From: Chiloscyllium plagiosum
Taxonomy: Eukaryota
NCBI RefSeq assembly: GCF_004010195.1
Contig: NC_057758.1
Coordinates: 6,736,648 to 6,756,647 of the forward strand
DNA length: 20,000 nt
Direction of reading: 5' to 3'
In this document: positions 10,905 to 20,000 of the stretch, piece by piece
Layout of the letters: every line of letters begins with the position of its first letter
Numbering within the stretch: the stretch's first letter is position 1
Made by a program: the position numbers and the translations under genes
Notes under the pieces: generated by a model
Database searches by the model: none
Seen by the model: the letters and a program-made list of their open reading frames with translations, nothing else
Told to the model about the DNA's origin: nothing

Positions 10905-11355
10905 TCAGAGAAGGGACACGAGGATGATTTCGGGTTTGAAGAGAGTATCACCCAATCAAAGCCTAAATCTGTCGGATCAATCCACTGAAGGTTTCGAGAA
11001 TGAATGTTTTTCTCAAATGAGTCTGAAGCGTGCTTGAAAGGACACACGCTGATAGGCGGTTTTCCTGCATTGGGAAATCTAGGGCCAGACGGTCAGAGTA
11101 AATAAGCATCAATTTAGATAGAGATGAGGACGAATTTCTTCTCTCAAACGTTTGTGAATATTTGGAACACCGTGTTATAGAGAGCTATTGTTATGAGAAT
11201 TGTTGTGTAAATTTAAGATTGAGATAGGTAGACTCTTGATCCGTCGTGGAATCACGAGAGAGGCAGGAAAATAGATGAGTAGAATTTTGGAACAAAGACA
11301 ATCCTGTTGAACAGCAGAACAGGTTTGAGGGGCAGAACGGCCTACTCCTCGTAGA
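10905..11355 (+). mobile_element. CR1-type 3' end (mirror of 1655-2110)
   Basis: Ends ...AACAGGTTTGAGGGGCAGAACGGCCTACTCCTC, the CR1/HER1-type tail. Confidence 0.8.
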
Positions 11356-12085
11356 GTATGAATTGAATTTTATTTTTCTTACTCACGCCTTCTGTTATAA
11401 TACTTTCACCGATCAGATAGCAACAAATTTAAACTTTGGAAAACTGCAGTGCTTTAGAAAAACCCAACTCGAAGGCGGAGAGGGAGGGGTTGGGATGGGC
11501 TTGAGGAATGACAAGAATTAGGAAGGCAAAAGAAACCTGTTCACGACTCTCTCATCAATAAGGAGATCCAACGAGTCACTATATTGTAATCAGACAGGTT
11601 ATTCAGTCATATGGGGGCACTCAACAATGTTCAGTTACTAGATTATCGGTATCAATACGATGGTTGCTCTGTTGAACGGCTGATATTTGGATACTGAGAA
11701 GTGTATAACATGTGTACCATCTGCAGTAAAACAGCATCTCATATAATACAATATGTAGGGTCAAGTAATTAATACATGGGCACTCGACAGTACACATGTA
11801 TCAAATGTATTTATGATGTGATTCAATGTCTACAGTGCGGGGCACTGATATTTGAACATTCGACTGTCTGTCCCTGGGTATGGAAAACACGAGAGCAGAA
11901 TGAGACGAAATATTTTACAGTCTTTACCATATGAAAATGAAGCCTTTTCTTATCCATGGGAGATAGAAATGAGCTTTGTGACCAGTGAGTCCGTGTTATA
12001 GGAACTCAACTAACAATAATAGGCAGTCTGCTGAGGGCTCTAATGATAACATAAAGTGTCCTCATCTTTTATCTAGGAGATCTGG

Positions 12086-12750
12086 GTTCATAGAGATGCA
12101 GAGCCAAAGAGCACAGAGACAGATACTTTGGCCTAAACTGGTCGACGCCAATCAAATTGTCAACCAACGTTAACTCCATTTCCCTTCACTTATCCAATAT
12201 CCTTTGAAACATTTCCTATCCATGCGTTGCGTCAAGTGTATTTTAAATATTGTTAATGAAATTGGCCAACCACTTCTGCTGTCAGCTCATTCCATTTCTA
12301 ATTATTACCACCCTCTGCGGAAAAAGTTTCCTCTCAGGCTCCCTTCTTTTTTCCCCTCTAAACTTAAATTTATTCCATCTGATCTTCAGGTGGACAATCG
12401 TGTGAAAGAGACTGAGTGCATTCACCCTATCCATGTTTCTCAAGATCTTCTGCACTTCGATAAAATCCCCTCACAGTGTCCTGTGCTCTGAAGAAAAGAA
12501 GTACTAGCTTGTCCAATCTCTCCCTATAAAACAGACCATTGAGACCTGGCAACATTATTGTGAATTTATTCTGCACTCTTTGCTGTTTAATAAAATCCTT
12601 TTTCTAGCAAGGTGACTAAAACTGAACAGAAATGCGACCAGAGCAAAGCCCCTTTGCAAATGACACCTGACTTCCAAACTTCTACACTCAATGCCCTGGC
12701 TGATGAAAGTAGATGTGCTGCAAGGCTTCTTCACTGCCCTGTCTCTTTTT
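12086..12750 (-). mobile_element. CR1-type ORF2 C-terminus and 3' UTR (mirror of 560-1228)
   Basis: Reverse complement of 560-1228. Confidence 0.88.
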
Positions 12751-12899
12751 GACCAAATTTACGGTCAATTAATATTCATTGGATAAGCAATGGATGACAA
12801 CGAAATAGTCATGGTTCCATGTGCTTCGGATTGGTTTCACAGATCGGTGCAAGATTGAATGTTGAAGAGCTGTACTGTGCTGTGATGTTCTGTGTTTAT

Positions 12900-13665
12900 G
12901 AATATGCCTGTTCAGGATCAGGAGATTTTCCGAATTCATACATTCTAATACATGAAGCATCTCCTCAACTGTGATATGGACTTTGCCAAAGATAGCACCA
13001 AAAACTTCCCTAAGTTCCCAAGTGTTAATATCTTTCTCCGCCGGAAACACAGACGAGAAATATTCATGGAGGACGTCGCCCGTTTACCCGCAGATCTGCA
13101 TATTCATGATCGCTTAGTCCTTGACAGGTCACATTTTCTCTCTAGTTGTTGATTTTTTCTTTAGTATACTTAAACCACCTCTTTGGATTCATCTTAATCT
13201 GCTTAGCCAAGTCTATCTCGTGCTCCCTTTTCGCCACACTGTTGTTCTTCCTCACCAAACTCCTGTATTCCCTATATAGCATCTGAGATTCCTTTGATCC
13301 CAGGTGTCTCTACCTGATCTATACATCCGTCTTTTTTTTTTGCTCGAATCCGCAATATTTATTGTCATCCTGTGTTTCTTATTCTTGTCCGTGTTATCCT
13401 TCACCCTCAGAATAATATGTGGACCTTAACCTCGAACAATCTCAGTGTGAAAGTCCTCCCACTTCCTGGAGGTCCCTTTTGCTCGCAACAAAATATTGCA
13501 ACCAACTCTAGCAAGCTCCCTTCTAAATCCATCACAATCCACCTTGCCCCAGTTTAGAAGTTGAACTGTGGACCGGTTTTCTCCCTCTCTCTAATTATTG
13601 TAAAATCAATAGAACTATGGTCAGTCGTCCCAACGTACACGGCCACTGTCATCTCCATCATCTCC
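12900..13665 (-). mobile_element. CR1-type ORF2 fragment extending upstream to the end of the endonuclease domain
   Basis: Mirror of 1-407 up to 13309, then CR1-like sequence continues. GAACTATGGTCAGTCGTCCCAACG reads antisense as VGTTDHSS, resembling the FGxSDHNS motif at the end of the APE endonuclease. Confidence 0.75.
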
Positions 13666-14894
13666 TCTTGAAACCACGGAAGGACAAAACCAATATTAAA
13701 GTGTGCGGCACTGTTTTCTTTTGAAGTTAGTAATTGCTGCTCATTGTTGGGACCATTGTTGACATGGGAATAAATCTACAGACTCTCTTTACACCCACTA
13801 AAATTCTACAGGGAGTGATGCGTTTCGATCTTTGAAAGAGGCTGAATGATTTGTCCCTTTTCTTTTCCAGCTGGTTTTGCTGTGACTTTCATTTTTGATA
13901 ACATATCGGCTTTCAGGCGTACATGACTGATTAAGCTTTCAGCTCTAGTTCTCATGGCATGTTCCAGGCAACCAAACTTGAAAGAATTTTTCACATTTCT
14001 GAAATCCGCCTCCTCGCAGTTCCCATTGGTGCATCACGACCAGTAACTGAATCTCACCCAACCACGAGAAGCAGACCTCGAGATTTACCACCAGTACTCT
14101 GGCACCAATAAGAAACTCTCGAACAGACCAGCCAATTCTTCACTAACCTTGGGAGCTGAGTGTGTGAAATTGCAAGTTTTGTCTCCCAGATTAAAACATT
14201 GACATTACTCATGAGTTATTACACGTCTATTCAACATTCTAAGACACCTTAAGATTCTTGCCAACTTCCGCCCTCATCAGTATTTCGCGAAATCACACTA
14301 CGTTCGTTTCTGTATTTGGTTCAAATGCTCCTCCTTGTCTTATTCCTTTCTAACAGCAGCTGCAAACAGTCGTTCAATTTGAAACATTCATGTCAGGGCT
14401 ATTGTGTCCATGTTGAGGCAGGGTCGCTGGATTGACAATTTGACGTGCTGAATATTGTCAACAACGAAGATTCAATTCGGCCATCAGTCGAGGTAAAGAT
14501 CATAAGGGATATGTCCAAACATTTTTACAGCACACTGTCTACAATGCATAATTAGAGATGAGTCTTTGTTTGACTGAGCATCTGGATGCGTTTGTCTGTG
14601 GTGTCTGTGCGAATGTGTATGTGTAACTGTGCATCGGTGACTTCACGTGTGTATATGCCAATTCATGTCGTCGGTCCTGCAGTTGAGTGCACACTTGTGC
14701 GTGTTTCTCTTTGATTCATAAGTGAAAAGATTCATGTGTGCGTCATGGACTCTGTCTGTGTTGTGGATTTCGCAGTTATGAACCACAAGATAGCCTGCTT
14801 TATCAAATGAGGACGTCACATCTTCCAAGTAGGTTATACTGCAGCAGAATATCAGCAGAGGATGAAAATTGTCCAGTTCTTTCTGATGGTGCGA

Positions 14895-15290
14895 AGTCGA
14901 TAAAAATGTGGCATTGGTTAACGCATACAAGGTCAGGCAGCACCCAAGGTTCAGGAGGGCTGTCGTTTCGGGCAGGACACTTCAGCAGTCCAGAGAGCGG
15001 GAGGGGACTTAGAAATGTTTAGTGAGTTTGGTGCTGGGAGAAAACGAGTTAGGAATACGATAAGTGGACAAAGGTTGGAGGTGGTTGTGTTAGGTCAATG
15101 GGAAAGGTGGAGCGGATAGGAGAATGGAGGTTTGACTCTAGGATGGAGCAGTGGGAGGGTAGATTTTGAATCTGGTGAAGTTAATGTTGAGACGGTGTGC
15201 TTGTAGATCCCTGAAGTTGAAGATGACATATGCCTCCTCCAGTTTGTGAGTGGCCTACTTTAGGCCGTGAAGGAGCCCCAGACTAGGCAG
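14895..15290 (-). mobile_element. Penelope-like element 3' part (GIY-YIG C-terminus plus terminal region)
   Basis: 15245->15174 translates KLEEAYVIFNFRDLQAHRLNINFT, resembling KLEEQHLIFRLGTLQPxGLNIxF. The terminus contains AGGTCAGGCAGCA...CGTTTCGGGCA...CTTCAGCAG with a decayed hammerhead. Confidence 0.8.
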
Positions 15291-15654
15291 ATCAGCGAGG
15301 GTGATGAAATGGTTGGCCAGCACAAGTCTCTGTATCCTGGGCCCCGTCATGATTGTGCTCATCTCCATGAACTCGAACTCACTGTTTTTGAAACGTCAAT
15401 AAAACTGATGAGTGCATTGCTGACCTCCCGTAATATGTGTCTAATTTCAGATTGTGACGATTTGTACCATGTTGCCATCGGGGACAATGGTGAGAAATGG
15501 CATAGACAGGTTCACCACTGTCAGCTCCATATCAGCCAACTTCATAGAATAACTGTCACGAGACAATGCAAAATGGATAAATTGGCAGCACTTTGGAGAT
15601 AGGTCTGGAGCATGGAACTTTTTGTGAAGGTGATTCCCAAGTAGATACAAATTG

Positions 15655-15920
15655 AATGGGTCTCAATCTGCTCGATATGATCCCACGATTCTATGAAAAT
15701 CTAGAATTATGAAATGACAGCAAGCCCAATGCTAAGCATTGCCAATTGCTGCAAACACGCGACCAACTCACTCGTTCTTTATGGAAGAAATTCTGCTGAC
15801 CTGACCCAGTGTGGCATCACGTCATTCCAGACACAAAACGATATGATGTATTCTAGAGACAACTAGGGAGAGGCAATAATGATGGTCCTAGTCAGCGAGT
15901 CTCATGGGTCATGAGAAAAG
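15655..15920 (+). mobile_element. Decayed SINE, same family as 16885-17120
   Basis: AAATCTAGAATTATGA...GGAAGAAATTCTGCTGACCTGACCCAGTGTGGCATCACGTCATTCCAGACACAAAAC...ACAACTAGGGAGAGGCAATAATGATGG is colinear with 16885-17120. Confidence 0.65.
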
Positions 15921-16109
15921 TTTGATTTTCATATTTCTGAAACTTTCACCTGATCTGCAGCAGTTTATTTTGTACTGTGCTTTCTGCTTGTCAGACATTT
16001 ATCTCGCTCAAGGAACAGATTGCCATTCTGCTTGTCCCCATGGAACGAGGTTATTAAGATGGTCACGAATGAGTCACTTTATTGCCCATTTCACAAAGTA
16101 AGATTGAAA

Positions 16110-16225
16110 CGATGAGCAGGAGCAGGCCATTCTGTCTTGAGACCCTGCTGCAATATTCAATATTGCCTTGACTGATCATTCAGCTCAATCCCATTTCCCT
16201 GCTTTGTCCCCATGCCTTTTAATGC
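16110..16225 (-). mobile_element. Short CR1/HER1-type 3'-tail fragment
   Basis: GAGCAGGAGCAGGCCATTCTGTCTTGAGACCCTGCTGCAATATTCAATATTGCCTTGACTGATC is the antisense CR1 tail. Confidence 0.7.
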
Positions 16226-16276
16226 ATTTCACTCCAGACACCACGCATAACGCCTTCTTATTAAACGACACTTTAA

Positions 16277-16352
16277 ATATTATATCATATCATATTATAT
16301 TATGTTACATTATATTATGTTATATCATATCATATCAGATCAGATCATGTCA
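16277..16352. repeat. Pentanucleotide microsatellite (ATATT/ATATC/ATGTT drifting to AGATC)
   Basis: About 15 five-base units visible directly. Confidence 0.9.
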
Positions 16353-16389
16353 GGCTCAGGAAGCTGTATCTCATCTCAAATTATTTCAT

Positions 16390-16882
16390 TGAGTTGTATC
16401 GTTGACGCTAATATCGCAGTGCGTAAGGCAGTCAGGTTTGACTCCACTCTCGGGACATTGCCTGTGTTGAGTTTGTCCATTCCCCTGATATCTGCAAACA
16501 TCCCCATCTGCCACGATGGAATTCCAACCCCTGTCCACCTCTGGGTTTAGTTTGCAGTCTGTATTGAACCTCATGAAATATTTTGATTGTACCAAACACC
16601 ACATCTCCAATGCTAAAAATTGCAGGAAGAATTGGCAACCACTTACTCGCCAGGGGTAATGGAACAGTACACCGATTGTAGCGGGAAGAGATTCCTCGTT
16701 TGAATGTTCTTTTGTTTCACACACAGTCGAAAGATGTGCATGTTTTGTGGATTGGTCAAGATAAACTCCCAAGTGAAACAAGAAAATGCAGGTTAGGTGC
16801 ATAAGCCATGGGAAGTGTAGAACTGCCGAGGTAGGGTCGTGGTGTAGTCTGGCTGGGATGCTCTTTGCCTGGTCAGTGTGAA
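16390..16882 (+). mobile_element. HE1-like V-SINE interrupted by a ~185-bp insertion
   Basis: 5' part: GGTTTGACTCC (B-box-like)...TGCCTGTGTTGAGTTTGTCCATTCCCC...TCTGC. 3' part: CACAGTCGAAAGATGTGCATGTTTTGTGGATTGG...GCAGGTTAGGTGCATAAGCCATGGG...GGGATGCTCTT. These are V-domain and HE1 motifs. Confidence 0.75.
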
Positions 16883-16884
16883 TT

Positions 16885-17120
16885 GCTGGTATCTGGAATT
16901 ATGAGTTTAGTAATGATCATAAATCCATTGTTGATGTATGAAAAATGCATTTGATTTACTAACCTCCTCTCGGGAAGTAAACTGCTATCCTTATCTAGTC
17001 TGGTTTACATGTGAGTGCAGACCACAACAATATATTTGACTCTAAACTGCCCTCTGGGCAATTAGGCATGGGTAATATATGCTGATTTAGCAAGCGTCAC
17101 CCTTATCCTGTGAATTAATT
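16885..17120 (+). mobile_element. Decayed SINE body and 3' tail (family not named)
   Basis: ATCTGGAATTATGAG...GGGAAGTAAACTGCTATCCTTATCTAGTCTGGTTTACATGTGAGTGCAGACCACAACAAT...TTGACTCTAAACTGCCCTCTGGGCAATTAGGCATGGG. It matches a recalled common shark SINE and the second copy at about 15655-15920. Confidence 0.75.
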
Positions 17121-17314
17121 CAAACAAAGCAAAGTGGCCTGTTCCAACACTGCAGTGCGTCTCTGATAATTTATTATTTTATGTTTGGGTGCATTCTCCT
17201 TTCCTGTTCGTATCTTGAAGTTTTCATTCAGATCAACTCTAAAGTTACAAATGTGAGAGAAAACAGAACGGATTAGTTCAACCTCTCCTCATAACTTAGC
17301 TGCTAAATTCCAGG

Positions 17315-19392
17315 CATAACCTGTTCTGTTTCCAAATGTTATTCCACACCCACGGCACTGAAGTACAAATTGACTTGCTCTGTCTGTGCCTGAGTCACTT
17401 GGCGCATAGAATTGTGGTGATTAAAAACCTGTCCTGTCTGTAAAGGTGACTCCAGACACACAGCACTTTCCATCTCACTGACGTTTCTGACCTCTCATGT
17501 GACTCCAACCGCTGCAATGCGACAACCGATGACACGTTATGGATCTGCACGTGAGTCAAGAAATAAACATTGCATTCATTGCTGACATGCTGTGTCTCTG
17601 CATGTGACTCTAGGCCCAAAAAATTGTGATCACCATTTTCTTGCAGTTCTCTAAATGTGACTCCATGCTCACAGCATGATTGTCACCATTGACTTCTACC
17701 ATATATGATTCCAGGCCAAAAGTACCATCAGTTTCTCTGACATGCTCTGTGTCGACATGTTGCACTGGACCCATGTCTACTATTGACCTGTTCTGTATCT
17801 GCATATAACTCCAAGTACAGCGCTACTGTGGTTTGCATTGACCTGCTGTAACGCCTGATGTAAATCCAAAAAAAACAATATTATCGTTTCTATTGACATG
17901 TTCTATCGCTACATGTAACTCCAACTTCAAATCACTGGTTTTCCCACTGACGTGTTCTGGACACAGACGTAACTGCAGATCCACAGCATCATGTTTGCTG
18001 TTGACCATATTTGAGTCTTCATGCCGGTGTGTCTGACCTCCTCTGGGCTGACATATATGTCCAGGCCATAACACAGTGTTAACCAATCATCTGCTGTATT
18101 TCTGCATTGTCTACACATCGCAAGCACGCTGGTTCTCACCGAACTAATACATTTCGACGTTTTACACTAGACCCACAGCACTCTTGTTCCCACTGGTCTA
18201 ATCTGTTTTTGCATGTATCTCCTGGCCAACATCACCTTGGTTTTGACTTAACTAATCTGTGTCTGCATGCGTGTCCAGAAGTAAAGCACTGTGGTTAACA
18301 TTGACCTGTGCTTTCTGGTCATATGATACCAGATCATCCTCGCTTTTGGGTGCTCTGACTTTGCTCTGATCTTAAATGTAACTCCAGGACAAAGACCTGT
18401 GGTTACCAACAGGATGACCTGTGTCTATATGTGACCACAGACATTTAGTATTATGGCAACCACTGACCTATTATATTGCCACACGTGACACCAGCCCACA
18501 GCTATGTGGTTATGTTTGACATTGTCCGGGTTTACAATTTAATCCAGACCGTAGCACAGTGATCTATGTTAACCTGTTCTGGACCATTATGTGACTGCAG
18601 ATCTTAAGCACTGTGTTTATGAACGACCTGTTGAGTCTCTCCTTGTGTCCGTAAATCCACACCATTTTGGGTTATTACTGACCTGCTCAATCTCAGCATT
18701 TAACCCCCGATCAACAGCACTGTGGATCATATTGAACTCTTCTGGACACTACATGTGACTCCAGATTTTCAGCACTATGGTTCCCACTGACCTGCTATAT
18801 CTCGAACTGAAACTCGGAGCCCACAAAAGCTGTCCATGTCTCTGACCTGTTCTGGATCAACATGTGATGCCAGATCTTCAGCGTTGAGTTTCTCACTGAC
18901 TTGTTGTGTCTGTACATGTGAATCCAGAACCACAGTACTTAGTGACCACTGACAACTCTGTCTGTGCACGTGATTCCAGATACACAACACTACCAACTAT
19001 TAACCTGGTCTATCTCTCCAGTGATAACAGTCTCACAGAACTGTATTTGCAACTATTTTGTGTTCTATAGTTCGGTCCGACAACAGCTGTGTATTAACCA
19101 CTCACCTGCTCTCGGCCTACCCGTGATTCCAGACCGACAACACTGTCGGCATCATTGATTAGCTCTCTCTTCACATATGACTGTGGACCCACACACAGTG
19201 GTTACCCATGTCCAGCTCTCTATCTGCACGTGATTCTAGAAAAAAACAACTCTGTGCTTTCCACTGACCTACTGTGCCTTTGCATGCCAGTCAAGGCCAA
19301 CATCACTGTGATTAACACTGACTTGGTATGGGTCTATAGGTGACTCCAGACCAAAGTGCCATGGTTACCATTGACAAGTTCCATCTCTACGT
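17315..19392 (+). repeat. Degenerate ~53-bp tandem array, about 39 units
   Basis: The TGACTCC-type anchor recurs at 17447, 17500, 17552, 17605, 17658 ... 18379, 18432, 18486, 18592 ... 18865, 18919, 18971 ... 19124, 19178, 19231, 19341. Eye-derived consensus is about CACTGACCTGTTCTGTATCTGCATGTGACTCCAGACCCACAGCACTGTGGTTAC. Confidence 0.92.
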
Positions 19393-19399
19393 CTCTGCG

Positions 19400-19760
19400 T
19401 AGAACTCATGACATAGGCAGGAAAAGGGATTGGGATGTAAGGTAGGAAATCAATGAACCAGGGTGGAAGCTTTTCAGAAAACTACAGAAAATTCCCAACA
19501 GGGTATGGCTTCTTTGTTAACCATTCCAAGTGCAGGTGAGGAAAAGAATAGAAAGGGACAGTTTAGTTGAACACTTACAGAAAGCCACTGTGCAGGAGAA
19601 ATCGATACAGACACTTCGATAATTGGAAGTCATACTGTTGTAGGTGGTATTTCTACAAACACATGATCTACACCTAAACCACAGTGGCACCAGTGTCCTT
19701 GGGTTGGGGTGGGGTGCGCGGTGGATTTGCAAGTGATCTTGGGAGGGTTTAACTTAATTC
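19400..19760 (+). mobile_element. Decayed CR1-type ORF1 (SGNH/esterase-like) remnant with internal deletion
   Basis: 19665-19703 translates DLHLNHSGTSVLG, resembling the DGLHLNxxGTxVL block of the CR1 ORF1 esterase. It is followed by GGATTTGCAAGTG...GGAGGGTTTAA (cf. RFASAxxEGLN*) and preceded by VVGGIS (cf. VVGDS). Confidence 0.6.
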
Positions 19761-19769
19761 AACAGACGC

Positions 19770-20000
19770 TCGAGATCAGAGTCGATAGGTGCGATGCTAG
19801 ATTCCACAGGTCAGGCATCACCGGATAAGAAAGTGTCCACGTTCCGAACATCAGCTCTTCAACTGGAATGATGGGAGGCCTAAGGGCTGAGACATAAAAG
19901 GGTGCGTAAAGGGGCTGAGGGAAGATCGCCTGGAATGCGATAAGTACATGGACGTGGGGGGTGATGGATTCTTGATTAGAGTGGTGCTGAAAGAGCACAG
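19770..20000 (-). mobile_element. Penelope-like terminal region; a second terminal copy appears to start at about 19975
   Basis: CAGGTCAGGCATCACCGGA...CACGTTCCGAACATCAGCTCTTCAACTGGAATG...GGGCTGAGACATAAA is colinear with 14930-15015. GATTAGAGTGGTGCTGAAAGAGCACAG restarts the same terminus. Confidence 0.65.

Larger units (their letters stand above)
7091..13309 (-). repeat. Right arm of the inverted duplication; carries an extra ~304 bp at about 11638-11941
   Basis: Colinear reverse-complement match to 1-5941 along its length, with scattered substitutions and small indels. Confidence 0.97.

Noticed and set aside
13850..13930. Strong-looking splice acceptor CCCTTTTCTTTTCCAG
   Set aside because: All three frames stop within about 60 nt and no peptide is recognisable.
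14255..14282. CTGATGA on the minus strand as another hammerhead
   Set aside because: No stem II or downstream GAAA.
14580..14770. TG-rich stretch with His/Thr-rich antisense ORF 14643..14930
   Set aside because: Low-complexity decayed (TG)n sequence explains the ORF composition.
17315..19392. CRISPR array or coding repeat
   Set aside because: There are no identical repeats alternating with unique spacers, and the whole unit is homologous and degenerate. No cas genes are present and the context is vertebrate. The period is not a multiple of 3 and there is no long ORF.

Overview
Non-coding, repeat-dense vertebrate genomic DNA. The repeat families resemble those I recall from elasmobranchs (sharks), so that origin is an inference. 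I found no credible host protein-coding gene: the short ORFs are either decayed retrotransposon fragments or chance. Main structures: (1) a large imperfect inverted duplication, 1-5941 mirrored by 7091-13309, with arms roughly 93-95% identical in the stretches I compared by eye, centred on a 500-N scaffold gap (6591-7090) and probably extending beyond the left edge of the window; (2) many decayed CR1-type LINE, SINE, Penelope-like and possible solo-LTR fragments; (3) a ~2.1-kb degenerate tandem array of a ~53-bp unit (about 17315-19392) whose unit matches an internal segment of the SINE lying just upstream; (4) hammerhead-ribozyme-like motifs in the Penelope-like termini, with the one in the palindrome spacer keeping a complete catalytic core. 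Repeat family names come from recalled consensus motifs, not from a database search.
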